Positions 38,986-51,613 of a DNA stretch of 64,000 bases are shown in pieces. A program made the position numbers and the translations under genes. The notes below the pieces were generated by a model. It made no database searches and was not told the origin of the DNA. It saw only the letters and a list, made by a program, of their open reading frames with translations. Numbering within the stretch: position 1 is the stretch's first letter; each line of letters begins with the position of its first letter. Origin of the DNA: Eledone cirrhosa (taxonomy: Eukaryota). Where the stretch lies: the NCBI GenBank assembly GCA_964016885.1, contig OZ024740.1, positions 396,118,001 through 396,182,000 of the forward strand, read 5' to 3'.

Positions 38986-41555
38986 ACACAGAGGTTCGTT
39001 CATTGGTTTGATGAGGTGTTTGGTTTTGATTTTGCTTTTAGTGATGTTGTATGTCTGTGCATGCATGTGTATGCTCATGTGCGTGTGTATTAAATCAAAA
39101 CCCAAACAAAGTAGGATTGCTACTATCAATTCAATTGGACCTTTTTTTAAAGAATTCATTGTAGCATTTGTATCTCACACACTCTTCAGTTGTTGTGATG
39201 GCTATAATGTTTACTAGTAATGGAAGTTGTTGATGTTGTTGTGGAGTAACTAAAAACAGTAACATCTATTTATATAGGTTGTCAAATATGTTGAGAACAA
39301 CTAACAGGTCCAGTATTTCAGATATGTCCACCTTCAGTATATTTTGAGATTATTCCATATTTTACAATATAGCTTGTGTTGTAAGTTGTGATGTGGAAGT
39401 TGATGCATGTTGTATTAAATTTTGCTGTCCAGCTTATTTATATATGGATGTAAACTCTGGTAGTTGACTGTTAAAATGATCAAGGTAAGTTTGATCAGTG
39501 TAAAGCAAGCTTAATGCCTAGGATTTATTACTAGATGTTTGTAGTAAGGTAAAAGAAATAGGAGCCTGAGTAATTGGCATTTTTTTCTCTCTTCTGGCTG
39601 CTTGATCTGATATCCTTTAACTTGATGTGGACTAGAATTAGGGATAAGTAAGATCAGCAAGCCTTGATGCTTTTGTTAACAGAATCTGCAACTATTCATA
39701 TGTGTATAAGGGGAAAGTGGATTTAATGCATGTCCATGTGATTAAGGTGTTTGCTTTTTTTTTTTTATCTAAGTTTGAACCCAGTACACATAGTACCTTA
39801 GCAAGTGTTTTCTACCATAGACTCAAGTTAACACAAGCCTTGTGATTGGAATTAGGGAAATGAGACTGTATGTAAGCCCACCAAATAAACTGTTTTAGTG
39901 TGGTAAACTTAATATGCCATCCATTTTAATAGTCCACCTTCTTTTAAGCATCATACAAGGTCTCCAGTCTGAGAATAACTCATAAGTTCCTCCTTTTCTT
40001 ACACCTTTCTTGGAAGCCCTGTAAAAAAAAGGGTCATATATATTCTTTGTCTAGGCCATATGTTTTTTAAAGATAAAGGCAGTGTTTCTGGATTGCATTT
40101 TAGTAGTGTGTTGGAGTATTAATAAACATGTTTAGTTAATTTAGGATGGCCAGGCATGTTACTTGAAGGTTTCATGTTTCAGCTTACTGCATGTCTAAAT
40201 GGCACATTAGTTTTATTACTTTCACTTTGGTGTAGATGATCTACAAGGTTGATATGCTTTTTTGATGCAAAGATTGCTATTTTATATGGTATGTAATTTA
40301 TTGTTGTTTTCAGCAAAAGGTTTGAAGGTATGATGCAGGCAGGGCTAGCATATTTCATGATAAATTTAGTGCCAGACATATGGATTGGATAATGTAATTG
40401 TTTATATATTTTGGTTGAATTTTGTGTCAGAGAATGTCCGACTTTGTGCTTAATCTGCCTGTGTTGTTATGTATGTAAATATGCATTATTCATGTTTATG
40501 TATGTTTGGTTGTATGTGTTCTTAAGGCATGGGATTTCTTTTCCTCTTACAATTTTATTTTTACTTAGCAAAAAGATAATAATCAAGTAAGTTTACATCA
40601 GTTACTCTGGCCTTATTGACCTACAACCTAGTGTCAAAATGTGAAAGAAGTTTGTCTGGATTAGTTTTAATCCTCTTATAATTGTCTATAACATTTTCAT
40701 CCATCGATGGGACTTGAACTCCTGATAGAGCCATAGAGGCACTAGTGTGACTTTTAAAATCTGGCAGAGTCCATCCATTTCCAGGCATGAACACAACAGA
40801 TTTCTTCCAGAGAAAGTAAAAAACAGGGGTTGGAGAAGAATCAATCCCAGTACTAGATTGGTACTTAATTAACTTCAAAAGGTTGACCTCAGCAAGATCT
40901 GAACTCAGAGTATAGAGAGCCAGAATGAATACTGCAAAACATTGTCTGACTTTCTAATGACTCCACCAATTTGCTTCCCTGTGACACTTGACAGTGACAA
41001 ATAAAAATATAAAACAAATTCAACTGATTGTATTTTGTCAGAAATTTATTACTACAGGTTTATGAAATAGCTTTTCTTCCTCTTGTTCTGTGACCACTCA
41101 TTTCTATGCTAATCACAGCACCATCAAACCATTATAAATTACCTCCAAGTTCTCATTTATTTCCCTGTGTTTATATTACCATCTACTCACTTTTAACCAT
41201 ACCTCTCTTCCTAGTACCTGCTATATTTTCTTGTGAAATGAAGAACACATTATCTCTAACCATGTAAACTTTCTACACTTTTTCTGCCAATCAGAACATA
41301 AATACCTTAATTTAGGATGTGGAACACTTTTAAAATATTCATTAACATATTTCTGATTCATTTGTCTGTACAGAGGGCAGTTTTTTGGGTTTTGTTTTAT
41401 TTTTCTTAATCAAATACTGTTGGAAATTTTTACTTACCCTTTTTCCCTCCACTAACCATTAAGATAAAATGGTGATGGCAGATATTATATTCCACCGTTT
41501 CACTGTAAAAATAAACTGAGGTTAATGAATATTTTCCTTTTCTATATTTCTCAAG

Positions 41556-41674
41556 GGAAAGAAGAGGAAGAATTGCAGGTGTTGACCAAACTGAAAGAAA
41601 CTATTGATAAACAAAGAGATCAGATTCGTGCCATGAAAAAAGAAATCAACCAGAAACAAGGGGATTCAGATGCA
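41556..41674 (+). CDS. RILPL1: RILP-like exon (KEEEELQVLTKLKETIDKQRDQIRAMKKEINQKQGDSDA)
   Basis: tttctcaag acceptor and gtaagt donor, phase 1 to 0. Matches the RILPL1 'MKKLKEVVDKQRDEIRAK' segment. Confidence 0.9.
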
Positions 41675-43760
41675 GTAAGTCACATTGCTTTTCTAAGCTC
41701 CTTCTCACACCACTAAGTAATTGCTATGTGTATTAAAACATTGATCTTTGGGTAGCAATATGAAGTTAACCTTGATCAGAACTACTATTGTCTAAAATCT
41801 TCCTTATGTTTCCCTAGTTGCATCAAATTCTTGAATATCAGTAACCTAAAGGAAAGATCATGGATTCAAATTCATATGTTGGCGTTATATATGAGCCGTA
41901 TTAGAAATGGACGTTATTTGACTATTATGGGATGAAGAAAGCAGATCAAAATATTTATTGATAATATTTGACATGTAATTTTTGACACCTTCAGATTAGT
42001 CAGGTGATTAGGAATACTGGCTGAAGAGTTAAGTATTGGATTATTGACCTTAAAGTTGACCAGTAAGCCATTTCTACAGCCATTGCGATGTTGCTCAGAA
42101 TGCTGTTTATAGAAATTCTATGTAAATACCCAAAGTTACAAAAAAATAATATCCTACCAATTTTATCATTAAAAATAGATATAAAATAGTTTAAAACCTC
42201 ATCTTCATTGAATTGCTCTAAATAATATTACAGCTAGACAATCATAAGTTACCAGCAAGTATCATACTGCAAATATTAGTACTAACAAGTGCAACATAGC
42301 TTACATACATTAGATAAATCTACTATTCTATCTACATTGCTTTTTCAAAACTATAAACAAAAACACGTTTTAGATATTAAAGTGAAACAATTTGGAATAC
42401 ATTAAAAAAACAAAACAATGAGCTTGTTATATTCTATTGTTCCTAAATACTTTATTTTACTTAAGCAATTCAAACATGAACTTGATGTTTGTTAATGCAT
42501 AAATAACACACATTCCATTATGATGATTATTTCCATTGCTACCAATACCATCCGTCTAGTCAATTATTTTTTTCTGTAGTCTTTATTTTCCTTTCGCAAT
42601 CAGTTCTATATTATACTTAAGTGAGGGAGAGGGTAATATACTTAATATAGTGAGTAAAAAAAAAATGATGCTCAATCAATTATAATTATACTCGTAATTT
42701 TCATTTTTTTTTTAAATCAACATTGCTGTTAATTGTTGTTGAAGGCAAGGGAGGTAATTCCAAAATTCAAATTTGTTAAAAATTGAATGGAATCATGCAG
42801 TGGGCAGTGAGTCTGAGTTTCTACCTTGATGATGTGTTTTGTTTTTGTAGTAGAGGTGCTTAGTCTGGAGGAGACTTTGTACCCATTACCCTTGCAAGCC
42901 TTCTAAAACTGGTGAGATCAGTACAGCTTATCTTTAGCTTAGCTATCTGTAAGCCAATGTTTGCTGTTGTGGTAATAGAATACACAGAGAGGAGATAGTT
43001 TATCTATGGGCTGGGCCAGAGGTTGTAATTTGGTAAGGAATGAGTCTTAAAAAATTACAATATATATAACATTGCCAAATAATAGGTTTTGTCTCTTGAT
43101 GTTCTGAGGTCAAATCCTACTGTTGTTTACTTGGGTGTTAGATTTAATCCATTATCCAGTTTCACACAAACAGCTGGCACCTGAAATATTTTTATCAGAT
43201 TTCTTTCTGTTGCAAGCATTCAGGCTAAATTTCTGATTTAAGAATACCTTCCTCCCACCAGTCACTAGGCTTTGAAAAGAGTCGTGGCTACTACCCTTCC
43301 TTCTCTTACTAAACATCATCATCATCATATGCTCCTTAAACTGGGTGACAGAAACACCTGGAAAGCTGAAAGTGTATTAATTTCTATTGTTAATGTTCAG
43401 TTTGAACTTTTGTATGCCAGTAGTTGTGAAAAGTGTGGGCAGGGGTGTAATTCTGGGAAAGAAAGACTGGACTAAAACGTTAGTGGTTGTGGAAAGTGTG
43501 GGCAAGAAGGAATTTTCAAGGGTTGCAATTCTGGGAAAGAAAGACTAAACAAAAAGTTAGTGAGTGGGGTAACAAAAATAATCTGAAAATATATAGTGTG
43601 TGCGGTTAATGCGGCATTTAGAGAAATGTATTGTAAAAATCGATAATAGGATAAGAAGTTCGGAAAGTGTAGAGATATTTGGGGAAGAGATTGTGTGTGA
43701 TATAGGAGAAACATGAATTAAATAAGACTTTTCTTTATTCTCTTTCATTATTTTTCTCAG

Positions 43761-43982
43761 CTTCAATCACAGTTAGAAAGAGTTGTGAAAATAAACACTG
43801 ATTTACGTAGGAAGAATTCTTCTCAAAGGAAGCAGACACAGACTCTGTTAGAAGAGAGACTAGAACTACAGTCTCACATACAAGATAAAGAAAAACAGAT
43901 TCAAACCATTAAAGGACTCCTAAAAGAACAAGAATTTGGGACTTCAGAAGCATCACGTGAAGGTTCAGATGAAGGCTCTTTA
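43761..43982 (+). CDS. RILPL1: RILP-like exon (LQSQLERVVKINTDLRRKN...EGSDEGSL)
   Basis: tttttctcag acceptor and gtaagt donor, 222 nt, phase 0-0. Resembles RILPL1 'RLMKINHDLRHR'. Confidence 0.9.
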
Positions 43983-45387
43983 GTAAGTTTAACCTACTTT
44001 TTTTATAAATTTGTTTTATTAAAAACAGCTTTCAAATTTGTGTGATTAAAAGAAACTTCTTATTGTAAAACATTTAGCTTGTAATTCCAGTATTACTGTC
44101 CAACAAAATTCCTCATAAATTCTACAGTGATCCCACTGATTATTTATGCATCAGTCTTTTGAAAATTAGCAGTAAAGCTGACCCATACTGTCTTTGCCCA
44201 CTACTATCTTGTTTAAAATAGAGTAGATAGATTTTTGTGTGTGTGGAAGTAAAACATTAATTTCTCTTCTTTTAAATAAGTAAAATTATGAACTTGTGTA
44301 TAACTATTCAATAAGTAACAAAAGCAGCTGACTTTATGATGTTGCTAGTTAATTTTCTTTATGTTGTGGTACTATTTGGTTATTCTTTACTTATATACAA
44401 ATGTTACAATATCTCAGCTTTCTTACAGCAGAGAAAAAAAAAAGAACATTTTCGTTATACCATAGGGGAGAATTCATTTCTTTTTTTTTTTTTTCATTTT
44501 GTATTTCAAAACAAACAGATTATTAAACATTGTTCTAAACAAACTGTTTGGATTAAATAGTATAATCTAGTATGTAGATTTTTTTTCAAAATATGTATCC
44601 AAAGCTTCTACTATCAGGTAAATCTACTTGATGTTGCAAACTGTTCGGTATGTCATATGAAAAACTCCACAAAAATCAACATTTTCCTCAACCAACACCC
44701 TCACTACCATAACATTTCCACTACTGCCATTGAAAATCTAAGCTCACAAATTCAAATTGGCTTTTGGTGAAGAGACTAAGAATTTTACTATACTATAGTT
44801 TGTTTACTTCAACTATAACAACAAAACCCCCATCAATAACACAGAAGTGACTGGCATTACTCATAAATCTAGCAAGCACAGTTAATAAGATATAAGATCC
44901 TAATAGACAGAATTCAAAATTGCTTTGGTTATAGCTTGGAGTTATTAAAATTCACTAACATTATTGATGTCATTTGAAAAATCCCCTAATTATTTTTTAA
45001 AATCTAAAAGTCACAATTTTTTTTTCTTTTACAAAGCTTATTATCACACTATATGTATAAAGGCCTGATAAATAAAGGGACATTACATTGTCCCAATATC
45101 AAGGACAAGATAAAGTTCCTACTGTTCTTAATAATTATTTAAATAAGAAAACTAACTTGAAAGTGTTGATCATAGCTTGAAAGCTAACCAAACAGTAATG
45201 ACCTGCCAAATCTGACATTCTAAACATCTTTAATTCTATAAATCAATAATGTTTTATTAGCTACTCTTGCTATAAAGCCAGCTCCATAACAATAATAATC
45301 TCAGCTACAATTTGATTTCATAGAAATTTATTATTATTATTGTTTGTTGATTTACATTGTTTCTAATTCTGTGCATTCCTCTCCCAG

Positions 45388-45572
45388 ACAGCAGATGAGT
45401 TGAGTAGACTTGAAGAAAAACTCAGTAAATATGGTAAAATCACTGTTGACATTTCGGATCAAGAAAGTCCACGATTCTCTATAGGAGAACTTCGGGAAGT
45501 TCTAAAAGAGAGAAATGAGTTGAAAGTACGCTTGTTAGAAGTTGAAGAAGAACTTAAGAAATATAAACCTAA
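45388..45572 (+). CDS. RILPL1: RILP-like exon encoding the RH2 Rab-binding domain (SPRFSIGELREVLKERNELKVRLLEVEEELKKYK)
   Basis: ctcccag acceptor and gtaagc donor, phase 0 to 2. Hand translation matches the RH2 consensus RPRFTLQELRDVLHERNELK. It is absent from the ORF track. Confidence 0.92.
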
Positions 45573-46479
45573 GTAAGCCTTTGTTTATTGATAAGCCTTT
45601 GTTTATTGATTAGCATTAACTTTTTTATTCCCTTAATTCCTTAAATTCATTACCAATATTATCATCATTAATCACATCTACTGCATTATCATCACTAACA
45701 TCACACCATTTCATGATATTATGGTGCTAGGATAACAATAACCATATGGATCACAAATTCAGGCCTCAGTACAAGAACATAACCTACTTTCTCCAAATTG
45801 TCCAACTGGCCAACACAGATTCCACTCCTACATTTTTTCAAACATATGGAAATGTAAGACTCTACTGGCTATGGCATTGTTAAAAATATTAATTCTGTGG
45901 GTCTGTATTATTCTGCCATCCTTATATTGACATCTAGACATAGTTTGCTATCTTGGAGAGTACACTATAGAAGATTTTAAAGGCTTTTTTCTAAGTAAAC
46001 ATGAAGCCTAGGGTTTTTGAGAAAGTGTGGATTATCACTATTGTTTTCTCCATGGTTTTGGTGTGTACAGAAAGTCAAAATAATGGTAACCAAATAAGGA
46101 TTTTTAATTTTGGAACAAGGCCAACAATTTGTGGTGAGGGAGGAGTCAATTACTTTGACTCCAGTATGTGACTCATTCATTATTTTATTGATACCAAAAG
46201 GATGAAAAGCAAAGTTGACCTCAGTGGGATTTGAACTTAGAACATGAAAGGGTTGTAACTAAATACCACAAAGCATTTCGTCCAACACTCTAATGATATT
46301 CTCAATCCACCACCTTATGGCAACCAAACAATGCAAGCATATATCAAAATGTTCCTTTACCACATTATCGTACATGGTGGCATTATGTTACCTGTAATCT
46401 ATTAAAACTATTGCTTCCTATATACAGATTCAAAACACAAAACACATTACAGATAACAATATTCTTTCTTCTTATTCAG

Positions 46480-46533
46480 TCAAAAAGACAATCTTCCAAA
46501 CTCTGAAGGTAACCAGTCACTAGCTGAGGAATT
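46480..46533 (+). CDS. RILPL1: RILP-like small exon (NQKDNLPNSEGNQSLAEE)
   Basis: ttcttattcag acceptor and gtaagt donor, 54 nt, phase 2-2, open frame. Confidence 0.75.
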
Positions 46534-47399
46534 GTAAGTTTGCTTTCATATATCTTGTTTTAATACTTCTACTTCACATGTTACAATCACATTTAGTTGT
46601 AAGATATTGTTAAATTAGTGTTGCTGTAATGACTAAGCAAACCTATGGGCAAAGGATTCCAGTCATAATTACCTCATCTTTATCATTCAAACCTGTTGTT
46701 CCATTTTAACACGGTGGTATTTTATATGAATAAGATTAGGCTGTTATTTTTAGTAGATCCTGAAGTCACAGTCTGCCATTTTATATTGTGGTGGTTATAA
46801 ATTGTGACATTTGTTATTGGCTGTACGGATCCTGTTGAAATAACAAATGGGATTGGTTCATGCATAACTTAAAATATTAGGAAACTATAGTAATTAGAAA
46901 GAATCATATTGAGGTGGTCCTCAGTGTGAAGGGCCAAATATAATTTTTGCACATGGAAATCAGAACGAGAAATGCAGTGCAGTTATTGTAGAAAAACAAT
47001 AAACTGTTTTTTAAAGGTACAGAGGGGAATTTGACTAGGAATTTTGTATGTTACTAAAGCAAAGCTTTTCAAATAGCAAATAGCAAAATTTTCAAGCTTT
47101 ATAACTATTAGTATTCATAACAAGAGCTGGTCTGAAACAAGAAAGGACTCCATTACCACTGTTAATAGCTATTGTATTTTAGTGATATATATGGGTAGCT
47201 ACTAGAAATGATTGGCTACTAATATGTTAAACCTTTTAACAAACTACTACTTTCATATCACTAAGTAATAAGTTAGCATTTTTAGCTTCACAATTGTTGT
47301 AGTATTATATAACAGCTACTATACATATATTCTTCATTAGAACTGAAAAAGCAAAAGACCTATAAAGTAATGTGATCCCATTTTCAAATGATAGGTGCA

Positions 47400-47790
47400 G
47401 GCTGGTTTTTAATTCTATCACTCTGCATGGCCCCTTAAGCATATGTCTTTAACTATAGCTACTATCTGACTAATGCTTAGTGAATGAATTTGGTTGATGG
47501 AAACTATCTGAAGCCCATCATATACATATATATGTGTGCACAAACATGTGTTTATACTTGTGTTTTTGTTCCTTTCTTCACTTCATTTTATATTTGATAT
47601 TGCTTACTACAGGTGGTGATATTTATGTCCCATGTAAACAGAAACCCAGTAGCTCAGTGGTTAGATCTACAAAGGTCCATAGCTTACTATAAGGAAAAAA
47701 GAGAGATGTCATTGGGAAAGGCCTCTGGCTCTAGAATTCAGCCATTTCACACCAGCATAGAAAAATGAACATAAAACCAACAATGATGAG
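47400..47790 (+). mobile_element. Decayed SINE-like element ending in an RTE-type tail
   Basis: The first part is similar to about 39770-39880 (..cttagcaagtgt..ctatag..gtga.tg.att.gg...aactg..aagccc). It ends cagcatagaaaaatgaacataaaac..atgatga. Confidence 0.45.
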
Positions 47791-47889
47791 TGTTATGGAG
47801 GGTTAAATTTTTAAACAGTAATGTGATTATTCAACTTTTCTTTCCATGCAAAATATTTGTTGAAATCTGTAATTTCTAAATCATTTCAG

Positions 47890-48003
47890 AACTGATGCTA
47901 CAGAAGCCTCTGATGATGAAGATGATAGTGAAGTACAAGGGCCCATCAACCAGGAACCATTTGAAAAGTTGTATCCTAACAAGGACAGTCAAATCCGTAA
48001 ATT
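47890..48003 (+). CDS. RILPL1: RILP-like exon (TDATEASDDEDDSEVQGPINQEPFEKLYPNKDSQIRK)
   Basis: catttcag acceptor and gtaagt donor, 114 nt, phase 2-2. VQGP..EP.EKL and S.IRK motifs resemble C-termini of RILP homologues. Confidence 0.88.
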
Positions 48004-48925
48004 GTAAGTTATGTGTTGGAATAATCCCATTTATTTTATCTATCCAAAAATATAATGTTGTGTTTTCTCTACTGCATGGAGATTAACTTCATACAAATAC
48101 TTTATGGCATAAAATTAGGTTCGACCAAACCTGCAAGGATCTCTTCACAATGATGTGATTACATCTTCCTTGCAAGAGTAACAATTCTGTGAACGAATTA
48201 TCTCATCTCTGGTTTCTCTGTCATGTTTCTTGGTGACTGGTTAACACTGAAATTTATTTTATTGAACCAATTTGTTTTTCACAAACTAACATTTATGACA
48301 ATACCTTTATATCAGGAGGATGGTGTTAAGGGAGGGCATTTGATGAAAGCAAAGGGCTATCAGAATTTCAGAAATCCTGCATATCTCTTTGGGTGACTAC
48401 CTATTTTGGAAACCCTGCATGTATAAATGTATGCATACTTTTTTCAGTATTAATACTTTGCCCTTTCCTTGGACTACACCAAAGCTGCACAGAAAAACAT
48501 ATACCCTGAAAAGAACATTCCTTAGTCGTTTGAGATTGAAGGATACTTAAGAAGGACCGAGACAATAAATACAGAATATACTGAGAACAGATATACTGAA
48601 TAAAATTCAAAATTAGGCTTCTGAGATCAATTAATTCTTGTTAGCATTACATGGATATAGATATATATAATTATACAGAATTAAAATTTGTCACGAATAT
48701 ATATAACTTCTCAATGAAAAGAGATCGTTAAGATATCTTATTCAGAGAAGTAAACACATATATAGAGAATATCTTATACATATCACTGATGGGTCGATAA
48801 AATATCGTTCCCCAGGATTATATAAAACCTCAAGCAACTTAAGCATAAATGAGCCTGACCGTAAAAACAATCTGTGAATTGAAAAATAAATAAGTCAAAC
48901 CACTTCAATAGATAGAGATGGTCAT

Positions 48926-48927
<2 letters not shown>

Positions 48928-48974
<47 letters not shown>
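48928..48974. repeat. (TA)n microsatellite
   Basis: Seen directly in the sequence. Confidence 0.95.
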
Positions 48975-48975
<1 letters not shown>

Positions 48976-50303
48976 ATCTAACACATATCAACAAATATTA
49001 AACTAGTGGCATTGGTGATAATTAGGATGGTGAGGATCAAAAAGAGGAATAGGAAAAACAATTTGAGGAGAAGCAAAAGGTTTAACAAATTTTTTTTTAA
49101 TTTCACATTGAATATTTTCTTAAAATGTATTTCTGCTAAATTTTCATTATGACATATTGATAAGCTTTATATCAAATTATTGATAAGATCTCTTATATTG
49201 GGTGTATTTCTGTTCATTGATGCCCATCTAATTTTAATACTTTTATTAATTTTATATGTATATTATTATTTCCCCATTATCTGAAAACATTTAATGTTTA
49301 TAACATTTATGTCCTTAAAACCTGTTTAGTTTTGGTGCATTATAACAATATTGGAATTATAACCACAAATAGGTTCTGCTAGTTATGAGTTGTAGGATAA
49401 TAATATTCTACTGTAACACTAAGTATGCTTTAACTCTTTTGATACAAAACTGCACCTGGTTTTATGATATAAAATGGCTTGTTATAAAATGTTTATATTT
49501 ATCTAAAAACCTTCCATCATAATTTTAGTTAAGTTATGCTCCAAACCTAATAATGGAAAAAATTAGTTATATTTTGAAGTTTATAGGGTTTTTTTTTTTT
49601 TTTTCATTTTATTTTGTCAGTTTCTTTACATGTCAAATCTGCAAGTAAAATCTTTTGTTTCCAATTTTTTTTATTGTACTCTACTTTTTCATCCTCTAAA
49701 ACGATATTTATGTTTATTTTTCATTTTAAAGACATTTACTGTTTTGTTTTTTCGAGTTTTCTTCTTTACTTTCTATCTGTTAATATAATATAATTTTTAC
49801 TACTGTTATTTTTGTTATTGTTGTTGTTATTGTCATTACATTATAGCAAGTGTAGAGAGTTAGTCGAGACAGTAGAGAGATAGAAAGGATACTACTTTAT
49901 AGCATCTTCACTATTCAGAAATCAAACTTTTCCAAGATCAACTTGACCTTTCAATTTTTCAGAAGACAGGGTTTTAATTTAATCCTATACATTTCCCTCT
50001 TACAAAAAGAAATTGTGTCTAGTCAAAAGAAACTATCATTATTGGTGTACATATTGTGGTAGAGTGGTAAGTCCCTAGTGGAACCAAGTCGGAAAACACA
50101 TTTCAATTTCCAGTTGGATTCTCTTTCATTTACATTACTTCAATCTTACAAAAGGCATAAAACATCACTTTTCCCACTTCATTCTGTTAATCTGAGGCCT
50201 CTTGAATATGTACAAAATCATTGTTTTTGTTGATAATGTTATGTTTTTTCCTTCTCTAATCGTGTAGTACATCCTTTAATCTGACCTGTGGATATTTTCT
50301 CAG

Positions 50304-50355
50304 TTTCCAGAATTTGGTGGACAAACTCAATCTCCCTGTGGACTTTTCTATTTAG
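50304..50355 (+). CDS. RILPL1: RILP-like terminal coding exon (FFQNLVDKLNLPVDFSI*)
   Basis: attttctcag acceptor in phase 2 completes 'IRKFF', like the family SGIRKLF motif. TAG at 50353-50355, followed by a U-rich UTR-like region. Confidence 0.75.
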
Positions 50356-50555
50356 TAATCCAGCACACAACTGGCAATTCTCTCATGTCAGGCCAGGTGA
50401 CGTCATATTCAGAGTCTTCCTGTTCATATGTTTTTCTATGTTGTGCTTTCTACTTTAGCATCTCCTTTTATTTGTCGTGATGCTTTTGTTTTTGTTTGTA
50501 TATCTGTGTCATCAGTTTCCTTTCTTTACCAAATCATTTATTTATCATAATGAAC

Positions 50556-50561
50556 AATAAA
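50556..50561 (+). promoter_or_regulatory. Candidate polyadenylation signal of the RILP-like gene
   Basis: AATAAA about 200 nt after the stop codon; another copy lies about 50 nt further on. Confidence 0.4.
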
Positions 50562-51613
50562 AAGGTTTTTAAAACAGCAAGGACAAGAACAAACAAAAAA
50601 AAAGCATAATAAATTCATACATACAGACGTTGAAATCCCAAACAGGACAAATAGATGTTCTATTGCTTGCTTCCATAGCTTGTTGTATCGTTAGTCCAAA
50701 ACTCAGTGTTGTGATGATCATGTGTGTGTGTCTTATATGAGGAACAATACCTTATAAAAAAGAACAATTGTGTCGTATTGTTGCATGTTTGTGCCCTCTG
50801 ATGCTGCCTTGGCTATAGCAACTGGTCAACCTTTCTTTTTATTTTACACTTTGCTTATATATTTGGATTATATATATATATATATACATTTGTGATAATG
50901 GCTATTATCATTAGAGTGGTGGAGGAATGGAGTGCTGGAATAAATAGATATACTCCTTTATGTTCTAAGTTTAATCCCACTAAGAGCAACTTTAACTTGC
51001 ATTCTTTTGGGAGTCAATAGAATAACTACCTTTCAAGTACCAGGATTGATAGAATCAACAATTTCCCCACCACCCCAAATGTTTTACCTCTTTCTGTTGG
51101 ATACCGATATTTTATTTGTGGCAAATGCTTTAAAATAGCTATATGTTACTAATAAGCTGAATTTATAACCAGTCACAACACCCGTTTCACTTCATTTTCT
51201 CTCTTATAAATCTGAGAAATTGTGTTTATTCAACCATATTATAAAGGAAAATAGAACAAGCATCTAGTGGGGTGGTAAAATATTAAAGAAGCAAGCCTGT
51301 AACTCTACCATGGGCAAGACATGCAATAACATGTAGATGTAAACAGATAAGTTTCTTTTATTTGCCACTAGGGCATCAAAAGTGGGACAAGTACAAAGGG
51401 GGGAGTTTACACAAAAAGGCGTCCTCAATAAGGAGGAGGCAATAACAAAATATAAAAATAAAATAAGATATAACAAAAAATAAAATTTTTAACAAAATCC
51501 TCAATAGAGAGGAGGCGCCTTGGGGGGTCGCACACACCCCCGAAAAAAGTGTGCAACCCTTTTCCTCAGGAGCACAGAGAGGGGGTGCTCCCTCGTTCCT
51601 TCCTCTTTTCCAC

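Noticed and set aside
51339-51349. U2 snRNA targeting as in Keno-type Tx1 elements (TSD contains tatctgtt on the - strand)
   Set aside because: The match is only 8 nt, and the flanks show no other U2 similarity.
51520-51595. Hammerhead ribozyme in the Tx1 3' UTR (stem-CUGAGGA-stem on the - strand)
   Set aside because: There is no GAAA after the second stem, no NUH cleavage triplet and no stem III.
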